Source: Patescibacteria group bacterium
GTDB taxonomy: Bacteria; Patescibacteriota; WWE3; UBA101185; 2-01-FULL-41-18
Assembly (NCBI GenBank): GCA_038064575.1
Contig: JBBTST010000012.1
Location: forward strand, 32 to 64,031
Direction: 5' to 3'
DNA: 64,000 nt
Part shown: in pieces, positions 52,878 to 61,444 of the stretch
How the letters are laid out: each line of letters starts with the position of its first letter
Position numbering within the stretch: the first letter of the stretch is position 1
Notes under the pieces: generated by a model
The model's input: the letters and a program-made list of their open reading frames with translations, nothing else
Told to the model about the DNA's origin: nothing
The model's database searches: none
Translations under genes and position numbers: made by a program

Positions 52878-54329
52878 CTAACCAACGCTGCCTTCCATTT
52901 CAAGTTCAATAAGTTTATTGAGTTCGACTGCATATTCTAAAGGAAGTTCCTTAACTATTGGCTCAATAAAGCCTGAAACAACCAAATTCATAGCTTCTGC
53001 TTTGGATAAACCGCGAGACATTAGATAAAACAATTGTTCCTCCCCAACTTTGCTAACTGTTGCTTCATGTTCAATGTTTACATTTGATTCGTTGATTTTC
53101 ATTACAGGATACGTATCTGTTCTGGATGTTTCATCAAGCAAAAGGGCATCACATTCAACTCTAGACCTGGAGTTTTCACACCCTTTTTTAACTTCAACCA
53201 AACCTCTATACGAAGCTCTTCCTCCCCTGGCGCTAATGGATTTGGAGGTTATACGGGAAGATGTGTTTGGAGCCGCGTGAATTACTTTTCCTCCTGCATG
53301 CTGATGCTGTCCTTCAGCTGCATAGGCAATTGATAGAATTTCTCCCTTTGCTCCCGGACCAACAAGATAAACCGAAGGAAACTTAACGGTCAAGCGCGAT
53401 CCAATGTTTCCATCAACCCATTCCATAGTTGCGTTTTCATGTGCAACCGCTCTTTTGGTTACTAAGTTAAAAACATTTTTATACCAGTTCTGAATGGTAG
53501 TGTATCTAACCCTGGCTCCCTTTTTTACAATAATTTCAACAACAGCCGAATGTAAAGAACCGGAAGAAAACGAAGGGGCTGAACATCCCTCCACATAATG
53601 TACAAAACTATCCTCTTCCGCAATTATTAGCGTTCTTTCAAACTGTCCAGCATTTGCAGCGTTGATTCTAAAGTAGGCTTGTAAAGGTCTGTCAACTCTA
53701 ACGCCTTTGGGAATATATACAAAAGAACCCCCACTCCATACGGCACTATTTAAAGCTGCAAACTTGTTGTCCGCTGCAGGGACAATTGTTCCAAAATACT
53801 CTTTAAAGATTTCAGGAAATTTCTTTAGAGCCTCATCTGTTCCTAAGAAAACCACTCCCTGATCCTCAAGCTCTTTAATGAGAGACCCATACACAACCGT
53901 AGAATCATACTGAGACTTAACCCCACCTAAAAATTCACGCTCGGCTTGCGGAACACCTATTCTATCAAAAGTCTTTTTGATGCTATCAGGGACATCCGCC
54001 CAATTGTTCTCAACTTTATCAGTAGGCGTTAAATAATAATAAATTTCATCAAACTTGATAGCATTAATGTCTTTTTCAGAGGCCATCCACATTGGCATAT
54101 TTTTTTGCAAGAAAGTATCATAGGACCGCAAGCGGAAATTCCGCATAAACGTTGGTTCACCTTTCATTTCTGAAATTTGCGCAACAAGCTCTCTAGTCAA
54201 GCCTTTAGGAGCTTTAAATGAATAGTTAATATCATCATGAAACCCCAGTTTATAGGTATCATCAATCACATTTTGCTTCTTTGTATCTGAATAACTATGA
54301 GGGTTTTTAGTGTTAATTTCTTCTGACAT
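52878..54329 (-). CDS. sufB: Fe-S assembly protein SufB
   Basis: GQFERTLI, YVEGCSAP, CDALL, HEATVSK. Confidence 0.96.
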   Translation of the reverse strand: MSEEINTKNPHSYSDTKKQNVIDDTYKLGFHDDINYSFKAPKGLTRELVAQISEMKGEPTFMRNFRLRSYDTFLQKNMPMWMASEKDINAIKFDEIYYYLTPTDKVENNWADVPDSIKKTFDRIGVPQAEREFLGGVKSQYDSTVVYGSLIKELEDQGVVFLGTDEALKKFPEIFKEYFGTIVPAADNKFAALNSAVWSGGSFVYIPKGVRVDRPLQAYFRINAANAGQFERTLIIAEEDSFVHYVEGCSAPSFSSGSLHSAVVEIIVKKGARVRYTTIQNWYKNVFNLVTKRAVAHENATMEWVDGNIGSRLTVKFPSVYLVGPGAKGEILSIAYAAEGQHQHAGGKVIHAAPNTSSRITSKSISARGGRASYRGLVEVKKGCENSRSRVECDALLLDETSRTDTYPVMKINESNVNIEHEATVSKVGEEQLFYLMSRGLSKAEAMNLVVSGFIEPIVKELPLEYAVELNKLIELEMEGSVG

Positions 54330-54338
54330 ATTTTGGGG

Positions 54339-55082
54339 TTATTCTTCAAGACCTACATAACCATTTTTTTCTAACTCTTCTGCAAGTTCATGCCCACCTT
54401 CCCGAATTATTTTCCCATCCTTCATAACGTGTACAAAATCAGGGTTTATGTGAGAAAGGATTCTTGTGTAATGAGTAATTATTAAAATTGCCATATTGTT
54501 TTTGACATGCATGGCCTTAACCCCCTCCGACACTATTTTTAAAGCATCAATATCAAGCCCTGAGTCAGTTTCATCCAAAATTGCAAGCTTTGGTTCAAAA
54601 ACAAACATCTGCAAAATTTCCATTCGCTTTTTCTCTCCCCCTGAAAAACCTTCATTCAAATAACGACCTGCAAAAGCTTCATCCATTTTTAAGATCTCCA
54701 TTTTCTCCTTTAATATTTTTCTGAATTGAATTGGTGTAAATTCTTTTTCACCTTGAGCTTTTAGTTTATTGTTATAAACAAGCCTTAAAAAGTTTGAGAT
54801 TGTGACTCCTGTAATTTCACTTGGGTATTGGAAGGCTAAAAACAACCCTTCTTTTGCTCTATCAGTTGTATCAAGCTCTAACAAATTTTTACCATTAAAT
54901 AGCACCTGACCTGATGTTACTTCATATTTTGGGTGCCCCATAAGAGTCTGAGCAAGAGTTGATTTACCAGAACCATTTGGTCCCATGAGGGCGTGGATTT
55001 CCCCTTTGTTTACCACAAGACTTAGACCTTTGATTATTTCTTTGTCTTCTATACTTACATTTAAGTCTTTTATTTCAAGCAT
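54339..55082 (-). CDS. sufC: Fe-S assembly ATPase SufC
   Basis: GPNGSGKST, FSGGEKKR, DETDSGLDIDA, ITHY; start MLEIK. Confidence 0.96.
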   Translation of the reverse strand: MLEIKDLNVSIEDKEIIKGLSLVVNKGEIHALMGPNGSGKSTLAQTLMGHPKYEVTSGQVLFNGKNLLELDTTDRAKEGLFLAFQYPSEITGVTISNFLRLVYNNKLKAQGEKEFTPIQFRKILKEKMEILKMDEAFAGRYLNEGFSGGEKKRMEILQMFVFEPKLAILDETDSGLDIDALKIVSEGVKAMHVKNNMAILIITHYTRILSHINPDFVHVMKDGKIIREGGHELAEELEKNGYVGLEE

Positions 55083-55084
55083 AC

Positions 55085-55351
55085 TCACTTTAAAACGCAT
55101 TCAATGTTGTCATAGGGACATTTGCCTGAAATCTTGTAAAACACTTCTTTCCCGGATCTTTGAGACTGCACTAAACCGGCCCCTTCCATCTCTTTAAGGT
55201 GATATGAAACTGTTGGCTGCTTTAGCTTAACAATGCCAACAAGCTCAGTAACATTGGATTTAGTAGCCTTTCCAAGGTGTTCATAAATTTTCATTCTTGT
55301 AGGAACGCTTAAAATCCTAAAGCATTCAGAGCATGCGGATCTCAATGACAC
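55085..55351 (-). CDS. ArsR/SmtB-family regulator heading the suf operon
   Basis: QPTVSYHLKEM HTH; Cys pairs at both ends; TTGACT-17-TAATAT 6 nt before GTG start. Confidence 0.85.
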   Translation of the reverse strand: MSLRSACSECFRILSVPTRMKIYEHLGKATKSNVTELVGIVKLKQPTVSYHLKEMEGAGLVQSQRSGKEVFYKISGKCPYDNIECVLK

Positions 55352-55407
55352 GTATCGATATTAGTCTATATAAAGTTTTAAGTCAACTCAAATGTAAAAG
55401 CTTATAA

Positions 55408-55449
55408 ACACAAAAGGAGCCCGTGCAATATATGCAAAACAGGCTCCTT
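55408..55449 (-). terminator. Intrinsic terminator-like hairpin
   Basis: Minus strand AAGGAGCC...GGCTCCTT followed by TTGTGTTT. Confidence 0.6.
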
Positions 55450-55882
55450 AAAAGGACTTGCTCAAATTAGCGCAAAGCAATCTGTATTAAAAACAGATCT
55501 TAAAGCGGCGCCAACAAGAGACCCAAAGACGCCTAAAAGGCATCGGCAAAGTCGGGAGAATCAAAATTGACTTCTCAGCCGGCATTGCCTATCTTTGGGA
55601 TTTATAGGTTGACTTAGCCTTTCTGGTAAAGGCTCTCGGTCAATCCTATTTGCCATCGCTACCGCAGTGTTCACGATGGACTTGAAACCCTTTTACCCGT
55701 TGAACTCCCCCTCTTTCCCTAGAATAGGAGAAGGAAGTTCTCCGGGCCAAGACCTACCAAATCTGGTACCAAGCCATTCCAATACAGTATCCACTTGCCT
55801 AGGATAGTGGACTTTTATTGGATGACCGAGAATAAAACCGGTGCGCGGGTCTACTCTCTTCTTTGGCAGGTTGCCAAAAGAT
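55408..55882 (-). ncRNA. Candidate large structured non-coding RNA, family unrecognised
   Basis: At least eight near-contiguous hairpins between a predicted promoter and terminator; no convincing ORF. Confidence 0.6.
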
Positions 55883-55888
55883 GGAGTC

Positions 55889-55917
55889 ATTGTACTATAA
55901 CTTATAGTATTTGTCTA
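55889..55917 (-). promoter_or_regulatory. Putative sigma70 promoter with palindromic operator in the spacer
   Basis: TAGACA-17-TACAAT; perfect TACTATAA-N-TTATAGTA at 55893-55909. Confidence 0.65.
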
Positions 55918-55999
55918 GTCTCAATTTCTGTAACATTGGAACCAAAAGCTATTTCACAGAGGGTGCCTAAAAGGCTATACTCTAAGCTGGCAAAATACT

Positions 56000-57163
56000 A
56001 TGAAACTTGCAGAATATGTAAAAAGGCACAAAAAGAGGACCGCAGTTTTACTGCTTATGGCAGCTGTAATCTCTTTACTTCTTTTAAAAAACGGGACCAA
56101 GGAAGCACCAGTAACCAGGTCAAAAGTAGAAAAAAGGACAATTATTAAATATGTGAGCGCCTCAGGGGAAACAGCAGTTACAGCACAGGCCACTTCCTAC
56201 TCACAATTAGCTGCAAATGTTTCAAAAATCTATTTCAAAAACGGAAGCAACGTGATGGAAGGAGACACCATCATGGAGTATGACAAATTCTCCCTCAAAG
56301 CCTCCCTTGATTCTGCTTGGTCGGATTACCTGAGTGCAAAAGCCACTCTGCAGACAAGCTTTGCAGACTATGAATATGCAAAAGCAAATGTGAAAGCCAA
56401 AAAAGAGATCAGAGATAATGCTATGGAGGAGTATATGGGAAATAAGAACAACACTAACAAAGAGGCTTTTAAAACCGCGGAAGCAAATTACCAGTCAGCT
56501 TTGGCAGATCAAAGAGAACTTAATAATAAAAAAGGCTTTTTTGAAAAAGAGGAACAGTCAAAATATTCCGACTTTTTGGCAGCCAGCAAAAACTATGCCA
56601 ACACCACTCTAAAAGCAAAAGTCTCGGGAACACTGATTCTTAATAACATAAATGAGGGGCAGCAAGTAACTAATGGACAAAAGCTTTTTTCCATTGCAAA
56701 TAAGGATACTCTTAGTTTTGTTTCAGAGGTAGATGAAACAGACATTGTGTATTTAAAGCCTGGACAGGAATGTGTGATAAAACTTGATAGTTATCAAGAT
56801 GAAGAAATCAAAGGCTCGATTTCTTTAGTTGAGGCAAAAACCATCACCACAGATGCAGGCTCAACCGCAGTTAAAGTAGAACTTGAAATTAGTAAGGATG
56901 ACATGGCTTTAATTGAAGGGTTAAATGGTGAGGCTAAAATAAAAGTGGCTACTAAAGAAAATGTGCTGACAATACCCTTTGAATACACGGAGGAGGATGA
57001 TAAAGGAACTTTTGTTTTTGTACAAAGCGGAAACAAAACCCAAAAAAAGCGTGTCAAAGTGGGTTTTGAAACTGAGGACTTTGTTGAAATTCCTGAGGGA
57101 TTAAGTGAAGGAGAGCAGGTTATTAGAGCGGAAAATCTAAAAGAAGGAGATAAAGTTAAGTAA
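56000..57163 (+). CDS. Efflux periplasmic adaptor (MacA/HlyD-like)
   Basis: TM anchor, lipoyl-like halves around a coiled coil, VDETDI, GLSEGEQV. Confidence 0.9.
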   Translation: MKLAEYVKRHKKRTAVLLLMAAVISLLLLKNGTKEAPVTRSKVEKRTIIKYVSASGETAVTAQATSYSQLAANVSKIYFKNGSNVMEGDTIMEYDKFSLKASLDSAWSDYLSAKATLQTSFADYEYAKANVKAKKEIRDNAMEEYMGNKNNTNKEAFKTAEANYQSALADQRELNNKKGFFEKEEQSKYSDFLAASKNYANTTLKAKVSGTLILNNINEGQQVTNGQKLFSIANKDTLSFVSEVDETDIVYLKPGQECVIKLDSYQDEEIKGSISLVEAKTITTDAGSTAVKVELEISKDDMALIEGLNGEAKIKVATKENVLTIPFEYTEEDDKGTFVFVQSGNKTQKKRVKVGFETEDFVEIPEGLSEGEQVIRAENLKEGDKVK

Positions 57164-57187
57164 AATCTCAATTATTCCTAGACTCTT

Positions 57188-57859
57188 ATGTTAATTAAGC
57201 TTGACAACATTTCAAAAGTTTACAAAATGGATGGGGTTGAAATTAAAGCCATTGACTCAATTAGCCTTGAAATTCAAACAGGAGAGTTTATTGCACTAAT
57301 TGGCACTTCCGGCTCCGGAAAATCTACTCTAATGCATATTATAGGACTTTTGGATTCGCCAACAGACGGGTTGTATTTATTTGAAGGAAATGATGTCACC
57401 AAATTTAAAGATAAAAACCTTGCAAAAATAAGGAATGAAAAGATAGGATTTATTTTTCAGGCGTTTAATTTACTACCAAAAACATCAGCTTTTGAGAATG
57501 TTAAGCTTCCTTCCCTTTACAGCAACAATAAAACTCGTGTTGAAGAAAGGGCCATAGACCTGCTTACAAAGGTGGGGCTGTCAGACAGAGCAAATAATAA
57601 ACCTTCCCAATTATCAGGGGGACAACAGCAAAGAGTGGCAATTGCAAGGTCTTTGATGAATGAACCACAAATTATACTTGCAGACGAGCCAACCGGAAAT
57701 TTGGATACTAGATCAGGCAAAGAAATACTCGACCTTTTAGCAAATCTAAACAATGAGGGAAAAACAGTAATAATTGTCACTCATGATCAGGAAGTAGCAA
57801 ATACCGCAAAAAGAAAAATCAGAATAAGTGATGGTAAAATTGTAGAGGATACAAAATGA
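57188..57859 (+). CDS. ABC transporter ATP-binding protein (MacB/LolD type)
   Basis: GTSGSGKST, LSGGQQQR, ADEPTGNLD. Confidence 0.95.
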   Translation: MLIKLDNISKVYKMDGVEIKAIDSISLEIQTGEFIALIGTSGSGKSTLMHIIGLLDSPTDGLYLFEGNDVTKFKDKNLAKIRNEKIGFIFQAFNLLPKTSAFENVKLPSLYSNNKTRVEERAIDLLTKVGLSDRANNKPSQLSGGQQQRVAIARSLMNEPQIILADEPTGNLDTRSGKEILDLLANLNNEGKTVIIVTHDQEVANTAKRKIRISDGKIVEDTK

Positions 57860-59037
57860 ATTTTGCAGAGACTCTTAAAATCTCTATGCGGGCAATAAAA
57901 GTAAACAAGGCAAGATCCGCTTTAACCATGCTCGGCATAATAATAGGAGTTGCTTCCGTAATACTTCTAGTTTCTATTGTATCCGGACTTGGAAAAACCA
58001 TAAGAGAAGAACTAAATAGTTTTGGGGCTAATTTACTTGTTGTTTTTCCGGGTTCTCCGGAAGGTGGACGCGGACCGGGAGGTGTTGTGGCAAACAAAAT
58101 GGAGTTTAGATTTGAAAAGTTAATTTTAGAAAAAGTACCGGAGATTGAAAATGTGGTTGCTACCATACAAAGCGTGGGAACTTTGAGATACAAAAACAAA
58201 GACATTGCTGATAGTACTATTTATGGTGTGTCGGGAACATATTTCAAGGCTCTTAACATAAGCGTGATTGAAGGGCGCCCTTTCACAAAATCAGAATCCG
58301 CCAACGTTGTTGTAATTGGTAAAACTGTAAGAGATAAACTCTTTGCAAACTCAAACCCACTTGGCAAAGAATTAATCATAAAAGACAGACGGTTTAAAGT
58401 AATCGGCGTGCAAAAAGAGAGAGGGAGCATTTTTGGAAGAGATCAGGATAATGTTGCACTCCTGCCTTTAGCACCATCAAGATCACTACTTGGCCTAGAC
58501 AGACCAAACTGGTTTTTTATTAAGGTTGTGCCTGAAAGGGATATAAAACTTGCAAAAGAGGCAGTTAAAAAAGTGTTGCTTACTGAAATGAAAGAAGATG
58601 ACTTTACTGTATCAACACAGGAGGACACTCTTCAATTGGTTGGAAGAATTCTTGGGGTATTATCGCTAGGACTTGGTGGTATAGCAGCAATCTCAATGCT
58701 TGTGGGAGGGGTAGGAATTATGAATATAATGCTTGTTTCCGTTACGGAAAGAACCAGAGAAATAGGACTTAGAAAAGCCCTGGGAGCAAGAAGAAGAGAC
58801 ATTCTTCTGCAATTTTTGGTTGAAGCTATTGTCTTAAGTCTGCTTGGAGGTTTTGCTGGAGTAGTGATTGGAATAGGATCGTCATTTTTATTAGATAGAT
58901 TTATTGCTACAGAAGTTAATTATGTTTTTGTGGTTCTTTCTTTTGGAGTGTCTGCCATAATAGGTATAGTATTTGGAATTGCTCCTGCTATAAGAGCCAG
59001 CAAACTTTCACCCATAGAAGCTTTAAGGTATGAGTAG
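57856..59037 (+). CDS. ABC transporter permease (MacB/FtsX type)
   Basis: LTMLGIIIGV, GIMNIMLVSVTERTREIG, PIEALRYE. Confidence 0.95.
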   Translation: MNFAETLKISMRAIKVNKARSALTMLGIIIGVASVILLVSIVSGLGKTIREELNSFGANLLVVFPGSPEGGRGPGGVVANKMEFRFEKLILEKVPEIENVVATIQSVGTLRYKNKDIADSTIYGVSGTYFKALNISVIEGRPFTKSESANVVVIGKTVRDKLFANSNPLGKELIIKDRRFKVIGVQKERGSIFGRDQDNVALLPLAPSRSLLGLDRPNWFFIKVVPERDIKLAKEAVKKVLLTEMKEDDFTVSTQEDTLQLVGRILGVLSLGLGGIAAISMLVGGVGIMNIMLVSVTERTREIGLRKALGARRRDILLQFLVEAIVLSLLGGFAGVVIGIGSSFLLDRFIATEVNYVFVVLSFGVSAIIGIVFGIAPAIRASKLSPIEALRYE

Positions 59038-59106
59038 CAGAAACAGGCAGTGAGTTTAAAAACCGCGCGTTAACGCTACCAAAATAAGGGACAACACAAG
59101 GGACTT

Positions 59107-59931
59107 ATGACAGCTCAAATAGTAAATGGAAAAGAGATAGCAAAGAGAATATTGGAAGAAATTAAAGAGGAGATTACTCAAAAGAAACTTGAACTAACTC
59201 TTGGAATAATCAAAATTTCAAACGACCAAGCAACAGATATTTATATAAGAAACAAAATTAAAAGAGCCAATGAATGCGGCATAAAGGTAGAGTTAAAAGA
59301 GTTCAGTGAAACTGTGCAAGAAGCAGAAGTTTTAGATCAAATCAATAAATTTAATGACACACAAGTTATAACCGGATTTTTTATTCAAACTCCTATAGCT
59401 AAGCACCTTAATTTAACAAACTTAACTGAATACATAGATCCTAAAAAAGATGTTGACGGGATGACCTCTTACAATCTTGGAGGACTACTTCATAACAGAA
59501 GGGACATTCTGGTTTCTGCCACTGCTGTTGCGTGTTATTCAATCTTAAAATTCCTGGAGGCAGACCTGGTTGGAAAACACGCTGTAATTGTAGGCAGGTC
59601 ATTAATAGTTGGAAAACCGCTATTTGCGCTGCTTTTGGCAAAAGACTGCACAGTCACACTCTGCCACTCAAAAACACAAAACTTACAAAGCATAACTAAA
59701 ACTGCTGATATCTTGATAAGCTCAACTGGCAGGGAGAAGCTAATTACCAAAAACCACATCAAAGAAGGGGCATTTGTGATAGATTGCGGATCTCCAAAAG
59801 GTGAGGTTGCTTTTGATTCTGCTGTCAGTAGGGCTTCTCACATCACTCCTGTACCGGGAGGTGTTGGGCCTGTAACAATAGCTTGCCTTCTTAAAAACAC
59901 ACTCAAAGCGTATGGTTTACAAAAAGCTTAA
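59107..59931 (+). CDS. folD: Methylene-THF dehydrogenase/cyclohydrolase
   Basis: KDVDG, GRSLIVGKP, TPVPGGVGPVT. Confidence 0.95.
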   Translation: MTAQIVNGKEIAKRILEEIKEEITQKKLELTLGIIKISNDQATDIYIRNKIKRANECGIKVELKEFSETVQEAEVLDQINKFNDTQVITGFFIQTPIAKHLNLTNLTEYIDPKKDVDGMTSYNLGGLLHNRRDILVSATAVACYSILKFLEADLVGKHAVIVGRSLIVGKPLFALLLAKDCTVTLCHSKTQNLQSITKTADILISSTGREKLITKNHIKEGAFVIDCGSPKGEVAFDSAVSRASHITPVPGGVGPVTIACLLKNTLKAYGLQKA

Positions 59932-60025
59932 CCATCAACTAGATTCTAAATATCCCATCATGTTTGCCAACTACCCAAAAATAATATTAAATAACATGAA
60001 AACTTGAAGAAAGGAGGTTTAAAAA

Positions 60026-60262
60026 ATGGACTTACTTATCACCGGACCAAATCGTCTGGATGGGAGGGTGCTAATAAAAAATGCCCTTTTTGTTCCCAAG
60101 ATAGGGGGGCAAATTCAGGTTCCTAATAGTGCTGAGCCTGTTGAGAGCGTTGTTACTCCTATCCCTGTAGCAAACTCAAGGCGTTTGCTAGGTGGTACTT
60201 TTTTAGTTACCAATGTTGAATCACAAACACATGGGCACACCGTAACCGTAGATTTCCCCTAG
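60026..60262 (+). CDS. Small hypothetical protein
   Basis: AAGGAGG SD, 78 aa, followed by AGGCATGAT...ATCATGCCT hairpin. Confidence 0.65.
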   Translation: MDLLITGPNRLDGRVLIKNALFVPKIGGQIQVPNSAEPVESVVTPIPVANSRRLLGGTFLVTNVESQTHGHTVTVDFP

Positions 60263-60450
60263 TTTGACGCAACTTTGAAACTAGGCATGATTCTTACCAT
60301 TGCAAGATGTGTTAAAGGATCATGCCTTATTCTTTAAGTATTAATCAATACCCCATACAAAGTAGTTTTTACACAGTATTGAAACTTGATAGCATATAAC
60401 TTCCCTCTGTTGAAAAGATTGTTTAAAACTGCGAGAATCAAGTAAGAACC

Positions 60451-61407
60451 ATGACTATAAACAAATTCCCATTTGAGGACCCAGTACAAGGCTTAGAATC
60501 TGCCGAAAAGCTTACAAACAATGAATTTGAGGTTGGGCAATTAATGCTTTATGAAAAAGAGGGTAAGGTAAGAGTTTGTAGAATAACAGAAATAAATGAG
60601 GATAATATTGCCAAGGTTTGGACTCCACAAACTTCAGTCAATGTATTTGTTGAGGCTAAACCTGGTGAAACAATCCCAGGAAGTGAAAGAGCGGTCAATT
60701 TAGAAGACCCAACAGTACAAGCTCTAAATTACCCCTGTAAACCAGTTGCGGAGTGGAAAACACTTTTCCAAAAATGTGGTTGGTCCTCCAACGCACTTAA
60801 CTCTCTACCTGAAATGGACTTGGAAACAATGGAACCCGTCACACTTTCTGCCTCAAACGTTATGACTGCAACCACGCGAGCAACTCTTGGCGGTAATATC
60901 ACAATAGTCCTTAAAGTCTTATATGAGAGGCAATTACTAATGGAAAAAGCCGGAATAAGTTTTGATACTCCTGAACCTATAGCAACGGCAAAACCAGAGC
61001 CTCTAGAAATTTCCAGACCTATTAGACCTAAAATCAATATTGGAGATGAGGTGATTGCATTGGGACCAGACGGAAACCCAGTGATAGGCACGCTTAGCCG
61101 AATTGAAGATGACGGTAGAATCTATTCTGTTGAAATTGGGAAAGAACGTGAGCTTCCCATAAGAGCGATTAATCATAGCAAAACTCTAGATGCTCTAAAT
61201 AACCCTTCAAAAACTAGAAAGGAATGGGAGGACTTCATGCAAAGGTTCGGTTTTAAAGTAAAGTTATCAGACCTTCCAGAGGGTTCAGTTGCTGCATCTA
61301 AAGCATGGAAGCAAATAGGTAGTATGTGGCTAGTAGGTCAAGAACCACTAAAGCTAATTACAGCTTTTGAAATACTCCAGAAATTTGAAGAAAAAGGAAA
61401 AGAGTAA
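60451..61407 (+). CDS. Hypothetical protein with an internally duplicated domain
   Basis: Two similar halves joined by a Pro-rich linker. Confidence 0.75.
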   Translation: MTINKFPFEDPVQGLESAEKLTNNEFEVGQLMLYEKEGKVRVCRITEINEDNIAKVWTPQTSVNVFVEAKPGETIPGSERAVNLEDPTVQALNYPCKPVAEWKTLFQKCGWSSNALNSLPEMDLETMEPVTLSASNVMTATTRATLGGNITIVLKVLYERQLLMEKAGISFDTPEPIATAKPEPLEISRPIRPKINIGDEVIALGPDGNPVIGTLSRIEDDGRIYSVEIGKERELPIRAINHSKTLDALNNPSKTRKEWEDFMQRFGFKVKLSDLPEGSVAASKAWKQIGSMWLVGQEPLKLITAFEILQKFEEKGKE

Positions 61408-61444
61408 ATTCAACATAACAAAAATACGACTTTGATCAAAGACA

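Noticed and set aside
55408-55882. Assignment of the structured element as RNase P RNA or tmRNA
   Set aside because: No GAGGAAAGUCC plus CGGCUUA P4 pair, no tRNA-like ends, and the GCAAAT-initiated frame does not end in an Ala-Ala-type tag
55693-56193. 65-, 117- and 72-aa ORFs in the suf-macA gap
   Set aside because: The 65-aa ORF starts inside the predicted -10 box with no SD; the others overlap the efflux adaptor gene. A decayed gene cannot be fully excluded
59032-59106. THF riboswitch upstream of folD (GAGTAG, CGCGTTAA, GGGA fragments)
   Set aside because: Too short and the 3' half of the aptamer is absent
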